Below are positions 48,524-59,454 of a DNA stretch of 64,000 bases, piece after piece. Made by a program: the position numbers and the translations under genes. Below the pieces are notes generated by a model. That model had not been told where the DNA came from. It made no database searches and was given only the letters and a program-made list of their open reading frames with translations. The stretch comes from Thainema sp. (GTDB lineage: Bacteria > Cyanobacteriota > Cyanobacteriia > Phormidesmidales > Phormidesmidaceae). The first letter of the stretch is position 1; the number at the start of each line of letters is the position of its first letter. Location: NCBI GenBank assembly GCA_052168235.1, contig JBQLZK010000004.1, forward strand, positions 96,001-160,000, in the 5' to 3' direction.

Positions 48524-49434
48524 ACTCCACTACCCCACACGAAGCGTCCACCAATCAGCAGAACTAGGCCCAATACGGCTAACCAGTCTAGCCACTTGAG
48601 CCGCAAGCGATGCCACACGACGCGATGCTCATTGGGACTGGTAAAACCGCGCACCTGCATCGCACTAGCGATTTGCTCCGCTCTCAGCAGTAAGTTTTCT
48701 AGAATCCGCTCCACGATCATGATCCAAACCTGAGCCGCACCACGCAGCCCCAACTTTTTCCAGTTAATGGCCCGTGTGCGAATGGAGCGCACCATGTTTT
48801 GCACTTCTTCCAGCACCAGCGGAATAAACCGCAGCGACAGCGTCAGCGTCAGTGCAATTTCCGTAACCGGGATGTTAAATCGTCGCAAGGGACTCATCAA
48901 GCTTTCCAGTCCCGCCGTGATTTCTTCTGGGGCCGTCGTCAGCAGGAAGAGGTTGGTGCCATAAATGAGGGTAAACAGCAGCGTACTGACGCGAATCGCC
49001 AGCTCCAACGAGCGCCGATTAACCGTCACTGGTCCCTGTTGAAACAGCACATACTCATATCCAGTTGCAGGTGGCAGCGTCAGCGAATCAGATACAACTT
49101 CAGGATGAAGAAAATTCAGCTCCATGTTAGGCAGTCGAGGCTGATGGCTGACGGCTAGCCCATCAGGTGCGATCGCAGTTAGCAAAAACACTAAGCCACC
49201 CACAAACAGCAGCCAGCCCATCTGCTGCCGCCAAACCCGCAGCGGAATCCGGGCGCTGATGGTTAAAACGATTAGCACAACGACCAAGAAAATGCGCCAT
49301 TCTGCATTAGCCAACACTGGCGTAATCAGAAAGCTCATCAGCCAAGCCAGCTTAATCCGAGGATCAAGCCGATGCAGCCAGCTTGTCGGCTGTTCCAAAT
49401 AAAGGCCAATTGGCAGCGATCGCAATAAGTCCAT
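48520..49434 (-). CDS. ECF transporter transmembrane component T (CbiQ family)
   Basis: LHRLDPRIK, LSLRFIP, RA...AMQVRGF motifs. Confidence 0.9.
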   Translation of the reverse strand: MDLLRSLPIGLYLEQPTSWLHRLDPRIKLAWLMSFLITPVLANAEWRIFLVVVLIVLTISARIPLRVWRQQMGWLLFVGGLVFLLTAIAPDGLAVSHQPRLPNMELNFLHPEVVSDSLTLPPATGYEYVLFQQGPVTVNRRSLELAIRVSTLLFTLIYGTNLFLLTTAPEEITAGLESLMSPLRRFNIPVTEIALTLTLSLRFIPLVLEEVQNMVRSIRTRAINWKKLGLRGAAQVWIMIVERILENLLLRAEQIASAMQVRGFTSPNEHRVVWHRLRLKWLDWLAVLGLVLLIGGRFVWGSGV

Positions 49435-49446
49435 GCCCGTCGTATC

Positions 49447-50808
49447 CTATACCCGCGTCGCGCGGTTTGCACTACCTCGCTCCACATCTCTCGCCTTCTT
49501 ACCCCGCCACAGCAGGCGAATCGGTGTACCTTCAAAGCCCAGCGATTCGCGGAACTGACGCTCAACATAGCGGCGATAGCCATCCCCAAACAGCTTCGGA
49601 TCGTTGACGAATAGAGCAATCGTCGGTGGCTGGCTGGTAACTTGAGTGCCGTAGTAAATTTTGCCCTGTTTGCCCTGACGAGTCGTGGGCGGCGTGTGCC
49701 AGCTAATCGCGTCTTCCAGAACTTCGTTAATCACAGACGTTGAGATACGCTTTTGATGCTGTTCCGCAGCGGCATCAACCAAATCGATAATTTTTTCAAC
49801 CCGCTGCCCCGTTAGGGCGCTGACAAAAATTTTCTCAGCCCAGCCAACAAAATAGAGCTTAGACTCAATCACCCGCTGAAAGTCATAAATGGTGTGGGAA
49901 TCTTTCTCCACAGCGTCCCACTTGTTGACGACGACGACACAGGCGCGACCTTCATCTTCAATCCGTCCGGCCAGCTTTTGATCCTGTTCCGTCACACCAT
50001 CTAGGGCATCAATCACTAACAGCACCACGTCAGCCCGACGGATGGCCTTAAACGAACGGTTGACGCCAAAGAATTCTGGCCCATACTCAACCTGCTTCTT
50101 GCGGCGAATCCCAGCTGTATCAATCAGGCGGTAGATTTGACCATTGCGTTCCACCGTCATGTCAACCGCATCACGAGTTGTACCCGAAATGGGGCTAACG
50201 ATAGAGCGAGTCTCTCCCACAAACGCATTCAGCAAGCTCGACTTACCAACATTGGGCCGACCGACGATCGCAACTTTGATTTCTGGATCAACGGTGACTT
50301 CATCCGCCGATGGCAACCGCTCAATTACTTTGTCCAGCAAGTCGCCCGTACCGCTGCCGTGAATGCCCGAAACTGGATAGGGTTCACCCAATCCCAACTC
50401 CCAAAACTGAGCGGCTTGAGTTAAGCCCTGTTCTGGCGACTCGCATTTGTTCACCGCTAAAAACACAGGAACAGACTGCTGGCGTAGCCAATCTGCGATC
50501 GCTTGATCCAACGCCGTTGGCCCAGACTGTCCATCTACAACGAAGATCGCGACGCTGGCTTCCTGTAGTGCAGCCATCGCCTGTTCGCGAATGTGGGGCA
50601 AAAACTCGGAGTCATCATCAAATACGAGTCCGCCCGTATCAACTACCATAAATTCGCGATCTTGCCAGTAAGCGGGTCGATACATGCGATCGCGAGTAAT
50701 CCCCGGTTCGTCAAACACAATCGCATCTTGCACTTCGGCAAAGCGATTAACCAGGGTAGATTTTCCAACATTTGGACGACCAATAATGGCCACAACAGGC
50801 AGCGGCAC
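49447..50808 (-). CDS. der: Ribosome biogenesis GTPase Der (EngA)
   Basis: Two GRPNVGKS G-domains, DTGG/DTAG, NKCE/NKWD. Confidence 0.97.
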   Translation of the reverse strand: MPLPVVAIIGRPNVGKSTLVNRFAEVQDAIVFDEPGITRDRMYRPAYWQDREFMVVDTGGLVFDDDSEFLPHIREQAMAALQEASVAIFVVDGQSGPTALDQAIADWLRQQSVPVFLAVNKCESPEQGLTQAAQFWELGLGEPYPVSGIHGSGTGDLLDKVIERLPSADEVTVDPEIKVAIVGRPNVGKSSLLNAFVGETRSIVSPISGTTRDAVDMTVERNGQIYRLIDTAGIRRKKQVEYGPEFFGVNRSFKAIRRADVVLLVIDALDGVTEQDQKLAGRIEDEGRACVVVVNKWDAVEKDSHTIYDFQRVIESKLYFVGWAEKIFVSALTGQRVEKIIDLVDAAAEQHQKRISTSVINEVLEDAISWHTPPTTRQGKQGKIYYGTQVTSQPPTIALFVNDPKLFGDGYRRYVERQFRESLGFEGTPIRLLWRGKKARDVERGSANRATRV

Positions 50809-51008
50809 GGCGACCTCCTAGCGAGCGCTTAAATATGAGCAGGAACCGCGTTATCAGCAGTTTCCATATCCGAAACGATCTGTCGGCTGCACTAGAAAAC
50901 AACAACGGCGGAGTTCTCATTGTATCGTGTCTACCTAGAACCTCGCTGTCTTGTCTGTCATTGTTCGCTTGCAGTCGAATTCGAGATTAATGTGTCGATT
51001 AATTCAAT

Positions 51009-51096
51009 AAACTTTATTGGAAATAAAGTTTTTGGGGTTGGAAATTGTTTTGTAGCGCGGCTCGGCTGCGCTACAAAACAATTTCCGATAAAGTCT
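51009..51096. mobile_element. MITE family C (copy 2), 88 bp, TSD AAT
   Basis: AAT at 51006-51008 and 51097-51099. Near-identical to 14739-14826, with paired stem changes. Confidence 0.85.
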
Positions 51097-51156
51097 AATA
51101 CATGGTAATGAGGTAGCGTCGTGATTTTGTTCCCATCAATCTTCCTCTAAAATCGC

Positions 51157-51882
51157 CTAAGACACACTCCGCAATGCTTCCTGCGCTTCTTTACGTAAGC
51201 CTGACGAAATCCGAAACAGCTCTTGCCCCGTATGCAAATAGCTGTCGTCATAGTTCATTGTGAAACGCTCTAGCTCTTCAATGCCATCCTCAAGCTGATT
51301 CATGCAGTAATAAAGATGGGCCGCCACACTGGCCACTGTACCCGGATTCGGCATTGACTGGAAAATGCGCTGGGCATCTTCTAGCTCATGGCGACAGTTC
51401 TCCAAATAAGCCTGAAATCCTTCCATAAGCTCATCATCAAACGGATCGGCTGATAGCTCTCGAATCTGCGATCGCAGTGGTTTCACAATTCGATCGACAC
51501 GTTGATTCACAGGCCGATACACCTGCTTAATCCACTGATCAAACTGGGCATCGGCAGCATAGCTGCTCTGACGCCGCTGTTGATAGTGAGTCTGCATATC
51601 AGCCGTTCGCTGCTGACGGCTACGCTTGGACGTATTGGTCGCAAATCCTGCGGATTCAAGCTGGGCCGACTGCCAACGATGGCGATCATATTCCGAACGC
51701 CGAGCCGGATCGCCCAACACTTCGTAGGCCGCGTTGATCTGCGTAATCCGGTCATGGTCAGAAAACTGGCTTTGGGTGTCCGGATGAAACCGCTTGGCCA
51801 AGCGACGATACGCTTGGCGCACCTCAGCCTGCGAAGCCGAATCTGCAATTTCTAACGTCTGATAATGATTAGGGAGTGACAT
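51157..51882 (-). CDS. DnaJ (J-domain) protein
   Basis: HYQTLE...YRRLAKRFHPD...INAAYEVLGD..RR.EYD, with a C-terminal LSADPFDDELM domain. Confidence 0.9.
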   Translation of the reverse strand: MSLPNHYQTLEIADSASQAEVRQAYRRLAKRFHPDTQSQFSDHDRITQINAAYEVLGDPARRSEYDRHRWQSAQLESAGFATNTSKRSRQQRTADMQTHYQQRRQSSYAADAQFDQWIKQVYRPVNQRVDRIVKPLRSQIRELSADPFDDELMEGFQAYLENCRHELEDAQRIFQSMPNPGTVASVAAHLYYCMNQLEDGIEELERFTMNYDDSYLHTGQELFRISSGLRKEAQEALRSVS

Positions 51883-52020
51883 GATGACTACTTTTGCTGC
51901 GAAAAGTCCCAGCACCGAACTGGAGCTGATGTTCTAGCCTTCAAGCCTGCAACATCACCCCTTGTTTATTAGAACGCGAATTATCCGAATCAACAATCTT
52001 GACTTTAGCGAGCAGTCTCG

Positions 52021-52983
52021 CTAGTGGGCAGATACCGGAGCCGCGAGTTCTAAATCTTGAAACAGTGGCGTACTCAAATACCGCTCGCCAAAACTCGGCT
52101 GCACAACTACAATCAATTTGCCGCGATTCTCTTCGCGACGACCCACTTGAATTGCAGCGCAAAGTGCAGCCCCACTGGAAATTCCAGACAGTAAGCCTTC
52201 TTCTCGTGCTAAACGGCGGCCATATGCGATCGCATCGTCATCAGAGACAACTACAACTTCGTCAATCAGCTCAATCTTGAGCACATTGGGAATAAATCCA
52301 GCGCCAATGCCCTGAATCTTGTGCGATCCGGGCTTACCACCCGATAACACCGGACTGCTAACAGGCTCAACTGCGATCGCTTTAAAGCTCGGTTTACGAG
52401 ACTTAAGCACTTCAGCAACTCCTGTAATCGTACCGCCCGTTCCCACTCCGGCAATCAAAATATCAACCTGCCCGTCGGTATCATTCCAGATTTCCTCTGC
52501 GGTTGTTTTACGATGAATCGCTGGATTAGCCGGATTCTGAAACTGCTGCAGCATGTAAGCATCTGGCGTATTCTCAACGATTTCCTGCGCTCGCTGAATA
52601 CACCCCGCCATCCCCGCCACGCCAGGCGTCAGCTCTAAATGAGCCCCATAAGCTCGCAGCATCGCCCGTCGCTCCGAACTCATCGTTTCCGGCATTGTCA
52701 AAATTAGCTGATACCCCTTGGCTGCTGCTGCCATGGCCAGAGCAATTCCTGTGTTGCCTGATGTTGGCTCAACCAGCGTTGTCTTGCCAGGCGTAATCAA
52801 TCCTTCCCGCTCTGCTGTCTCAATCATGTTGATGCCAATCCGATCCTTAACAGAAGCAGAAGGATTCATACTTTCCAGCTTCATCACGATCTGAGCGACA
52901 CACCCTTCTGCTTGAGGAATCCGATTGAGTTGAACAAGCGGAGTCTGACCAATCAGTTCAGTAATGTTGTTTGCAATTCGCAT
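52021..52983 (-). CDS. cysK: Cysteine synthase A
   Basis: [41 protein letters not shown]. Confidence 0.96.
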   Translation of the reverse strand: MRIANNITELIGQTPLVQLNRIPQAEGCVAQIVMKLESMNPSASVKDRIGINMIETAEREGLITPGKTTLVEPTSGNTGIALAMAAAAKGYQLILTMPETMSSERRAMLRAYGAHLELTPGVAGMAGCIQRAQEIVENTPDAYMLQQFQNPANPAIHRKTTAEEIWNDTDGQVDILIAGVGTGGTITGVAEVLKSRKPSFKAIAVEPVSSPVLSGGKPGSHKIQGIGAGFIPNVLKIELIDEVVVVSDDDAIAYGRRLAREEGLLSGISSGAALCAAIQVGRREENRGKLIVVVQPSFGERYLSTPLFQDLELAAPVSAH

Positions 52984-53006
52984 GGGAAACTTCTAGGTTA
53001 GATGGA

Positions 53007-53444
53007 CTAGATATAGTACATGATGTCCTGACGTTGTTTGGCATCGCGTTTTTCCGCTAAATCCTTTAACGTGTATTTCTGCAAGACCGATTCAGTTGAC
53101 TGAATGACTTCTTGCCAAATGTCGCTGATCAAACTGCATTCAGCCGTTGCAATCGTGGCCTGTCTCTCCGCAAACTTTGCCTCGTAGCCCTCAATACAGC
53201 TAACGATATCCAACACCGTGATTGTCCACGGTTCGCGCGCTAACAAATAACCGCCTTTTGCACCTCTTTGACTGCGAACTAAACCCGCTCGCCGTAACAT
53301 GGCTAAGAGTTGCTCCAAATAACGATCAGGAATATTTTGCTGGGCCGCAATCTGACGAATTTGAATCGGCTCGCCTTTTGCGTAATGTGTTGTCAACTCC
53401 ATCAAAGCTAAAATTGCGTATTCGCTTTTGCTCGAAAGTTCCAC
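53007..53444 (-). CDS. Rrf2 family transcriptional regulator (CymR-like)
   Basis: YLEQLL..LRRAGLVRSQRGAKGGY. Directly upstream of cysK. Confidence 0.92.
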   Translation of the reverse strand: MELSSKSEYAILALMELTTHYAKGEPIQIRQIAAQQNIPDRYLEQLLAMLRRAGLVRSQRGAKGGYLLAREPWTITVLDIVSCIEGYEAKFAERQATIATAECSLISDIWQEVIQSTESVLQKYTLKDLAEKRDAKQRQDIMYYI

Positions 53445-53555
53445 CCGTGAGCACCAGATACTGCCAATAATGATTTTACTAATTCGGTATCAGTATATCC
53501 CGGTTCCCCACTGGGGATTGCAGGATTATCATAAGACTTTGCCAAAGTTTGCAAC

Positions 53556-53591
53556 AAAAAAAGAGCAGCCTTATGAAAGCAAGGCTGCTCT
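53556..53591 (-). terminator. Intrinsic terminator of porin gene
   Basis: GAGCAGCCTT/AAGGCTGCTC stem followed by T7 on the minus strand. Confidence 0.8.
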
Positions 53592-53629
53592 GAAGTAATT
53601 AACTGAACTTACTTAGGGGTAAATTAGGC

Positions 53630-55369
53630 TTAGAAGCGGAAGGTTGTCCGCAATGAGCCGATAACCGTATCTTCATTGTCTGAAGAGTAGAATGGGTTGA
53701 TAATCCAGATAACACCGGGAGTGATGGAGATGTTATCGGTTAGCTGATACTTGTAGAACGCTTCTACCAAGTATGTATTGTCCAAACTGTTAATCCCGTC
53801 GATGAAAGATAGAGCAGGTCCATAGTTGGGTGTCTGACCACCGTAAATGCCAAGTAGGTTACCTTCTCCACCAAGGTCAGGGAAAGCCAAAGTTCCGTTC
53901 CAAGACCAGACATCAAAGTCACCTGTCTCCAGCAGAATGGCGTTGGTGTAGCTAATTCCACCACCAACCTGAACACCGCCAAACTTGAAGTTGACTTGCC
54001 CAGCGTAAGTATTACCAACAAGACCACGTGGGGAATTGAGGAATGCTCCGCCAGAGGTGTAGAACAAGTCACCCACTTCATCTACACCGGGAAGCAAGGT
54101 GCTGCCGCCTGCATAGCTATGAACATAGGTTAAACCAGCATCAATGAAGTCAGACAGGTAGGTCAGCTGACCAACAGCGCTGTAGTCACCATTGAATAGA
54201 CCAGCACCCTCGCTAGGATCATTTGCTTCACCTGCGGTGTAACCAAAGTCTAAGCTGAGATTATCAGTTAGCTGAACGATTGCACCAGCACCAACATCAC
54301 CGTTATCGAACAAGTCATATTGGACAGGGCCACTGAAGTCATTCAGACCACCACCACCAGAATCATCTAGTGGGCTGATTGTGCTAGCAACAAAGTCATC
54401 AACACCTAGGCTGTTTGCACCAATGATAACTTCAGCCCGCTCACCCAATGGGAAGGTATAGAACAAGTCATCAAGAACGATATCGTTGCTGGCTCCTGTG
54501 CCAAAGGAGAAACCGAATGGATCACTAGAGAGCGCACGCTGATCGCGAGCTTGCAGACGAGTCCGCAAACGGTCTTCACCAGTGAAGCTGGTGTCCAGGT
54601 TTAAACGAACCCGATAACCAAAAGCGACTTCTTCTTCATCACCTGCTGTGCCAACTAAAGGTACAAGTTCGGTGATGTCTCCGTCGCCATCTAGATCAGT
54701 GACATCAGGCCCCCCGAATACGGAAGGATAAAACGCGCTTCCGAAATCTTCTGCGCCGTCGCCATCTAGATCTGAACCGCCAGGTAGCAGACCAACAAAC
54801 TCATTGCCTTGGCCACCACCGTAAACGTTGAAGATGACTTCGCCGTTCAATTTGGTTGTGGTGGAGAACTGGTTGGCTTCCAGTTCAGCAACACGAGATT
54901 CCAGAGAATCAACGCGGCCACGGATGACAGCTAAGTCAGCAGCAAACTGGTCTTGCAACTGACGAATGGTTGCAAGATCTTCTTCAGTTACTCCACCCAG
55001 ACCGGTAATTTCAAGAATGCGATCCAGACATGCGTTCAAACCAGCGGCAAACTCATAACGAGTCATAGCGCGGTTACCGCGATAGGTTCCATCGGGATAA
55101 CCTGCGATACAACCATAACGCTCAACCAGTGACTGGAGAGCCTGGAATGCCCAGTCAGTAGGCTGAACGTCGGAAAGCTGTGATACAGAGGTCACCTGAG
55201 CAACACTGTTGCTTCCCTCTGCACTATATTCATTAATCTGCTCAAGAGAGGTAACGCTGACAGAGCTATCTACAGTAGCTTCCTGTGCAACAGCAGATCC
55301 AGAAAATGCTAGCGCCGCTCCCAACAAAACTGGGCTGGCCAGCAATGACTTCCAAATTACTTTTGACAT
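53630..55369 (-). CDS. Cyanobacterial SLH/OprB-family outer-membrane porin (SomA/B-like)
   Basis: VTSVSQLSDVQPTDWAFQALQSLVERYGC, FSTTTKL.GE, C-terminal RTTFRF. Confidence 0.93.
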   Translation of the reverse strand: MSKVIWKSLLASPVLLGAALAFSGSAVAQEATVDSSVSVTSLEQINEYSAEGSNSVAQVTSVSQLSDVQPTDWAFQALQSLVERYGCIAGYPDGTYRGNRAMTRYEFAAGLNACLDRILEITGLGGVTEEDLATIRQLQDQFAADLAVIRGRVDSLESRVAELEANQFSTTTKLNGEVIFNVYGGGQGNEFVGLLPGGSDLDGDGAEDFGSAFYPSVFGGPDVTDLDGDGDITELVPLVGTAGDEEEVAFGYRVRLNLDTSFTGEDRLRTRLQARDQRALSSDPFGFSFGTGASNDIVLDDLFYTFPLGERAEVIIGANSLGVDDFVASTISPLDDSGGGGLNDFSGPVQYDLFDNGDVGAGAIVQLTDNLSLDFGYTAGEANDPSEGAGLFNGDYSAVGQLTYLSDFIDAGLTYVHSYAGGSTLLPGVDEVGDLFYTSGGAFLNSPRGLVGNTYAGQVNFKFGGVQVGGGISYTNAILLETGDFDVWSWNGTLAFPDLGGEGNLLGIYGGQTPNYGPALSFIDGINSLDNTYLVEAFYKYQLTDNISITPGVIWIINPFYSSDNEDTVIGSLRTTFRF

Positions 55370-55373
55370 ATTA

Positions 55374-55382
55374 TCCTCACAC
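55374..55382 (-). promoter_or_regulatory. Putative Yfr1 sRNA target site at porin RBS
   Basis: The mRNA reads GUGUGAGGA just before the AUG, complementary to the conserved Yfr1 motif ACUCCUCACAC. Confidence 0.65.
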
Positions 55383-55719
55383 CTGTTTCTAAAGAGACTA
55401 GGTTACACAATCGAACATTGACGTGGCGGCTTTGCCGCTCCCTATCTCAACACGCTGTTTCGTTAATCAAGAGCTTAACTTTACAAATACGATTCTATGG
55501 TTCGAGCCGTATTACTAAGTTTAAGATGCTTGACGGATACAGCATAACTTCACACTCCGAATTCATCTTAGCAGAAGCACTTGGAAACGAGTACCCTTTG
55601 AACATAAAGATTTTGCGGTGATAAACCATCACATTTATGAATCTCAGGCAATCCTAGACGGTCTAAGTAATGGGATGACGCAGATTGCCTAAGTGAAGAG
55701 CCAAGTGGTGAGGTTGCCG

Positions 55720-56001
55720 TTAAGTCAGGCTAGAGATGGTTTGAGCTATGGCGAAATCAGCTTCAGTCAAGCCACCTGCATCATGTGATGTCAGCGTAAT
55801 CGTTACTTTGTTGTAGGAAATTGAGAGATCGGGATGATGTCCTGCGGTTTCGGCTGGCTCAACCAGCTTGTTGACAAATGCGATCGCATCTACGAAACCA
55901 TCAAACGTCTTCGTTGTTTGAATCGTTTGCCCCTCTTGAGTCCAACCGTCTAATTTACCGAGCTTATTCGTCACTTCTGCTTGAGACAGTAAGTTAGCCA
56001 T
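55720..56001 (-). CDS. Pterin-4a-carbinolamine dehydratase
   Basis: FVN...AE.AGHHPD...YNKV...SHDAGGLT..DF. Confidence 0.93.
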   Translation of the reverse strand: MANLLSQAEVTNKLGKLDGWTQEGQTIQTTKTFDGFVDAIAFVNKLVEPAETAGHHPDLSISYNKVTITLTSHDAGGLTEADFAIAQTISSLT

Positions 56002-56272
56002 ATTTGATAGACCTCAAGAATTTGTGTCTTCACTTACTCTAGCGACAATAGAGGTTGAGTTCCACCTACTATCATCTATAGGCTGACAGAAGAGTAGAAC
56101 AAGAAAAAAAGCCCTTTAAAAGACTATCCGCTCCCATCCGGGGAAAAGCTTACAAAAGCAAACTCTTCGTTGGATGGGAGCGGTGTAGCGGATCAACAGG
56201 TTGACCAGACTGCCGGAAGGAACTCTAGATTAAACTCAGAACTCGCTCCGAAGAGGAAATCGTTGTTACTTC

Positions 56273-56344
56273 CTAGAGAACAGCCCCGGCACACAGCCGG
56301 CTCAATTCAACCTGATGACCCTTGCGTTTACTACTATCTTGCAT
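56273..56344 (-). CDS. Candidate 23-aa small ORF with perfect Shine-Dalgarno
   Basis: TAAGGAGGTGATGCCC-ATG; MQDSSKRKGHQVELSRLCAGAVL*. Confidence 0.45.
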   Translation of the reverse strand: MQDSSKRKGHQVELSRLCAGAVL

Positions 56345-56605
56345 GGGCATCACCTCCTTAATTCCTAACGGTTGTTGTTCGAACAACATTACCTGTCTAC
56401 AGGCTTATCGGTACGATAGCACACCTAAATTGGAAACGGGGGAAATACAAATTTATTCCTCGGGGAAAAGTGGGAAACATCGTCTCGCATTACCTTTCGC
56501 AGCAAAGTTAAAGATTGGGAGAAAGAGAACAAGGGAGCAGAGGAGACGTTTACGTAGAGACGCAGGCTCGACATCGCGATATCGACAGCAAACTGGGGTG
56601 TGAAA

Positions 56606-56654
56606 TCTAAATAGAGGAGGTGTGATCCGGCAGATCACACCTCCTCTATTTAGA
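56606..56654. repeat. Long perfect palindrome (22-bp arms) downstream of psbD; possible terminator
   Basis: TCTAAATAGAGGAGGTGTGATC-CGGCA-GATCACACCTCCTCTATTTAGA. Confidence 0.85.
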
Positions 56655-56710
56655 GTCCTTTAACGTTTAGAGTTTCTAGCGTTTAGGACTGTAGCGTTAC
56701 CCACTGATGC

Positions 56711-57769
56711 TTATAGCGCATTACCGCGAGGCAGAACCTCCTCAGGGAATACAAAGCTTTCGTGGGGTTGGTCTTGCGGGGCCATCCAGGCACGGATACC
56801 CTCGTTGAGCAGGATGTTCTTGGTGTAGAAGGTCTCAAACTCAGGGTCTTCTGCAGCTCGAACTTCCTGACTGATGAAGTCATAGGCCCGCAGGTTCAAT
56901 GCTAGACCTACAATGCCAACCGCACTCATCCACAGACCCGTCACGGGCACAAACAGCATGAAGAAGTGCAGCCAGCGCTTGTTGGAGAAGGCAATACCGA
57001 AAATCTGCGACCAGAATCGGTTCGCGGTCACCATCGAGTAGGTCTCTTCCGACTGGGTCGGGTTGAACGCTCGGAAGGTGTTCGACGAGTCGCCATCTTC
57101 AAACAGCGTGTTCTCAACCGTCGCACCGTGAATTGCACACAGCAGTGCGCCGCCCAGGACACCAGCTACTCCCATCATGTGGAAGGGATTCAATGTCCAG
57201 TTGTGGAAGCCCTGTAGGAACAGCAGGAAGCGGAAGATTGCCGCCACACCGAAGCTGGGTGCAAAGAACCAGCTCGATTGGCCCAAGGGGTACATCAAGA
57301 AGACGGATACGAAAACGGCAATCGGCGCAGAAAATGCGATCGCGTTGTACGGACGTACGCCCACCAGTCGAGCAATCTCGAACTGTCGCAGCATGAAGCC
57401 AATCAGACCGAAGGCACCGTGCAGCGCTACAAAGCTCCACAAGCCGCCGATTTGACACCAGCGTACGAAGTCACCTTGAGCTTCAGGACCCCACAGGAAC
57501 AGCAGGGAGTGTCCCATGCTGTCAGCGGGTGTGGATACCGCGACGGTCAAGAAGTTACAGCCTTCCAGGTAGGAAGAGGCTAGACCGTGGGTATACCAGG
57601 AGGTAACGAAGGTGGTGCCGGTCAGCCATCCACCAATCGCCATGTAGGCGCAGGGGAATAGCAAAAGACCAGACCAGCCAATAAAGACGAATCGGTCGCG
57701 CTTGAGCCAGTCATCGAGGACGTCGAACCATCCTCGATTGGCTTGCGCCCGTCCCATTGCTATGGTCAT
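56711..57769 (-). CDS. psbD: Photosystem II D2 protein; stand-alone copy (psbD2-type, no psbC overlap)
   Basis: MTIAMGR...[11 protein letters not shown]...[10 protein letters not shown]. No psbC ORF follows. Confidence 0.98.
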   Translation of the reverse strand: MTIAMGRAQANRGWFDVLDDWLKRDRFVFIGWSGLLLFPCAYMAIGGWLTGTTFVTSWYTHGLASSYLEGCNFLTVAVSTPADSMGHSLLFLWGPEAQGDFVRWCQIGGLWSFVALHGAFGLIGFMLRQFEIARLVGVRPYNAIAFSAPIAVFVSVFLMYPLGQSSWFFAPSFGVAAIFRFLLFLQGFHNWTLNPFHMMGVAGVLGGALLCAIHGATVENTLFEDGDSSNTFRAFNPTQSEETYSMVTANRFWSQIFGIAFSNKRWLHFFMLFVPVTGLWMSAVGIVGLALNLRAYDFISQEVRAAEDPEFETFYTKNILLNEGIRAWMAPQDQPHESFVFPEEVLPRGNAL

Positions 57770-58406
57770 AACGGGATTCTCCAAAAATTATGTTTACAAA
57801 TGAGTTCTCTTCAAACTCAGCAAACGCGCTTAACCCTAATTATTATGATGTCGCGAAAGATGAGTAGAAGTTTACTTTTCTTTACTATATTGAATTATAT
57901 GAATAGAGCAAGGATTTTTCATCCCTTTTTTAGGTTTTTCACCACATTTATCTCGAAAGGGCTATACGCCAATGGTTGCAAAGGCTTCTGATATGCCTCT
58001 ATCGATAGGCTGGATGAGTATAAATACTGATACACATTGATTCGCCTTTGTCCACATAAATATTTCTACTCCAACAAAATTCGGGATTAATCGTGCCTGA
58101 GTTAAGCTGCAATCTTGTCTGAAAAACCAGTTCCTGACCCATTGAATTTAAGAATTGAACCTGGTTTTCTCATTTTTCTGGTTGCCAGATGGAAAAACAA
58201 GTTGTGGTGAGGTGCGATCGCACATCTGCAAGCTATTGCTTGTAAGCTGTCGCTCCGTTATGAGATTTAGGTGTCGGGTCAACTCCCCAATGCGTTAATG
58301 AACGCGCTAATGTAGTTAGGGCATAGTTTTTACTCATTTTGAGCAAAACCAGCCAAATTCCAACCCCAAACTCATCATCATTATTCGTACTGACGCGACT
58401 GTTTTT

Positions 58407-58679
58407 ATGGTTATTATCGACATCACGCTGAAGAATACACCCGTTACGCTATCCATACAGCGGGAAACGGTTGAAGGGGCTGAAGCCGTTTACGGTGAAA
58501 TCATGGCAGCTCTCAAGTCAGGTGATCCGACTGTTGTTGAACTAACGTGCGATCGCCAAAAAGACAAAAAAGTTTGCATCCTAGTTAGCCAAATCTCAGC
58601 AGTGCAAATGTCTGAGAAGTCCGGTACGGCAGCATCATCTGGTCGCCCACCCGGCTTCTTTGCGCTGGCTTCTGAATAG
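58407..58679 (+). CDS. Conserved hypothetical protein
   Basis: 90 aa ending in RPPGFF; contains ELTCD. Lies upstream of the ABC ATPase. Confidence 0.78.
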   Translation: MVIIDITLKNTPVTLSIQRETVEGAEAVYGEIMAALKSGDPTVVELTCDRQKDKKVCILVSQISAVQMSEKSGTAASSGRPPGFFALASE

Positions 58680-58747
58680 ACCAGCTCTAAATGCTAAATA
58701 ACCTGTTGGACAACGAAGACTAACGAAGACTGCTGTGAATCAACGTT

Positions 58748-59422
58748 ATGAGTAATGCGATATCTCCTCCTGCTATTGCCATCCGCAATCTGACATTTCG
58801 CTGGAGCAATGGCAGTGAGGTATTGCATGCGTGCTCCTTGGAGGTGCCCAAGGGGCAATTTTGCATGTTACTGGGTAGCAACGGAAGCGGTAAGTCAACT
58901 TTGCTGAGACTCTTAGCTGGTTTGCTCTCGACCACGGTAGGTGAAGTACAGGTTGATGGGCCAGTTGGATTTGTCTTTCAAAATCCAGATCATCAACTGG
59001 TGATGCCTACGGTGGGTGCTGATGTCGCATTTGGACTGGTCGAAGAGAAGCTTTCGTTTCTTGAAATTCAGCAGCGGGTGGATGAGTCGCTGGATGCTGT
59101 CAACTTGGCGTTTTTGAAGCGCCGCCCGATTTATGCCCTCAGCGGTGGACAAAAGCAGCGGGTTGCGATCGCAGGTGCGATCGCACGTCATTGTCAGGTG
59201 CTTTTGCTCGATGAACCAACGGCACTGCTCGATCCGGACAGTCAATTAGATTTGGTCGCTCGCGTTCGTGAACTGGTCAAAGAGCGTAATCTAACGGCAT
59301 TGTGGGTCACGCATCGCCTAGATGAACTCGATTATTGTGATCAAGCCTATCTGCTAGAAAAAGGGAAAGTTGTTGATCATGGTGATCCGCAGCGGCTAAA
59401 GCAGCGATTGCTCAAGAGCTGA
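58748..59422 (+). CDS. ECF/ABC transporter ATP-binding protein (CbiO-like)
   Basis: GSNGSGKS, FQNPDHQ, LSGGQKQR, LLDEP. Confidence 0.9.
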   Translation: MSNAISPPAIAIRNLTFRWSNGSEVLHACSLEVPKGQFCMLLGSNGSGKSTLLRLLAGLLSTTVGEVQVDGPVGFVFQNPDHQLVMPTVGADVAFGLVEEKLSFLEIQQRVDESLDAVNLAFLKRRPIYALSGGQKQRVAIAGAIARHCQVLLLDEPTALLDPDSQLDLVARVRELVKERNLTALWVTHRLDELDYCDQAYLLEKGKVVDHGDPQRLKQRLLKS

Positions 59423-59454
59423 GTTCAAGAGCTAGTTGAAAATTAAGTTGAAGA

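Noticed and set aside
56195..56230. SRP RNA (ffs)-like CCGGAAGG
   Set aside because: It lacks the flanking TCAGG...AGCAG domain IV consensus.
56430..56480. Yfr2-like GGAAAC motifs
   Set aside because: There is no recognisable conserved 5' motif or stem context.
56683..56730. psbC start or remnant after psbD (short ORF ending VTLQS)
   Set aside because: The overlapping GTG start is absent and no CP43 sequence follows. The resemblance is too short to call a pseudogene.
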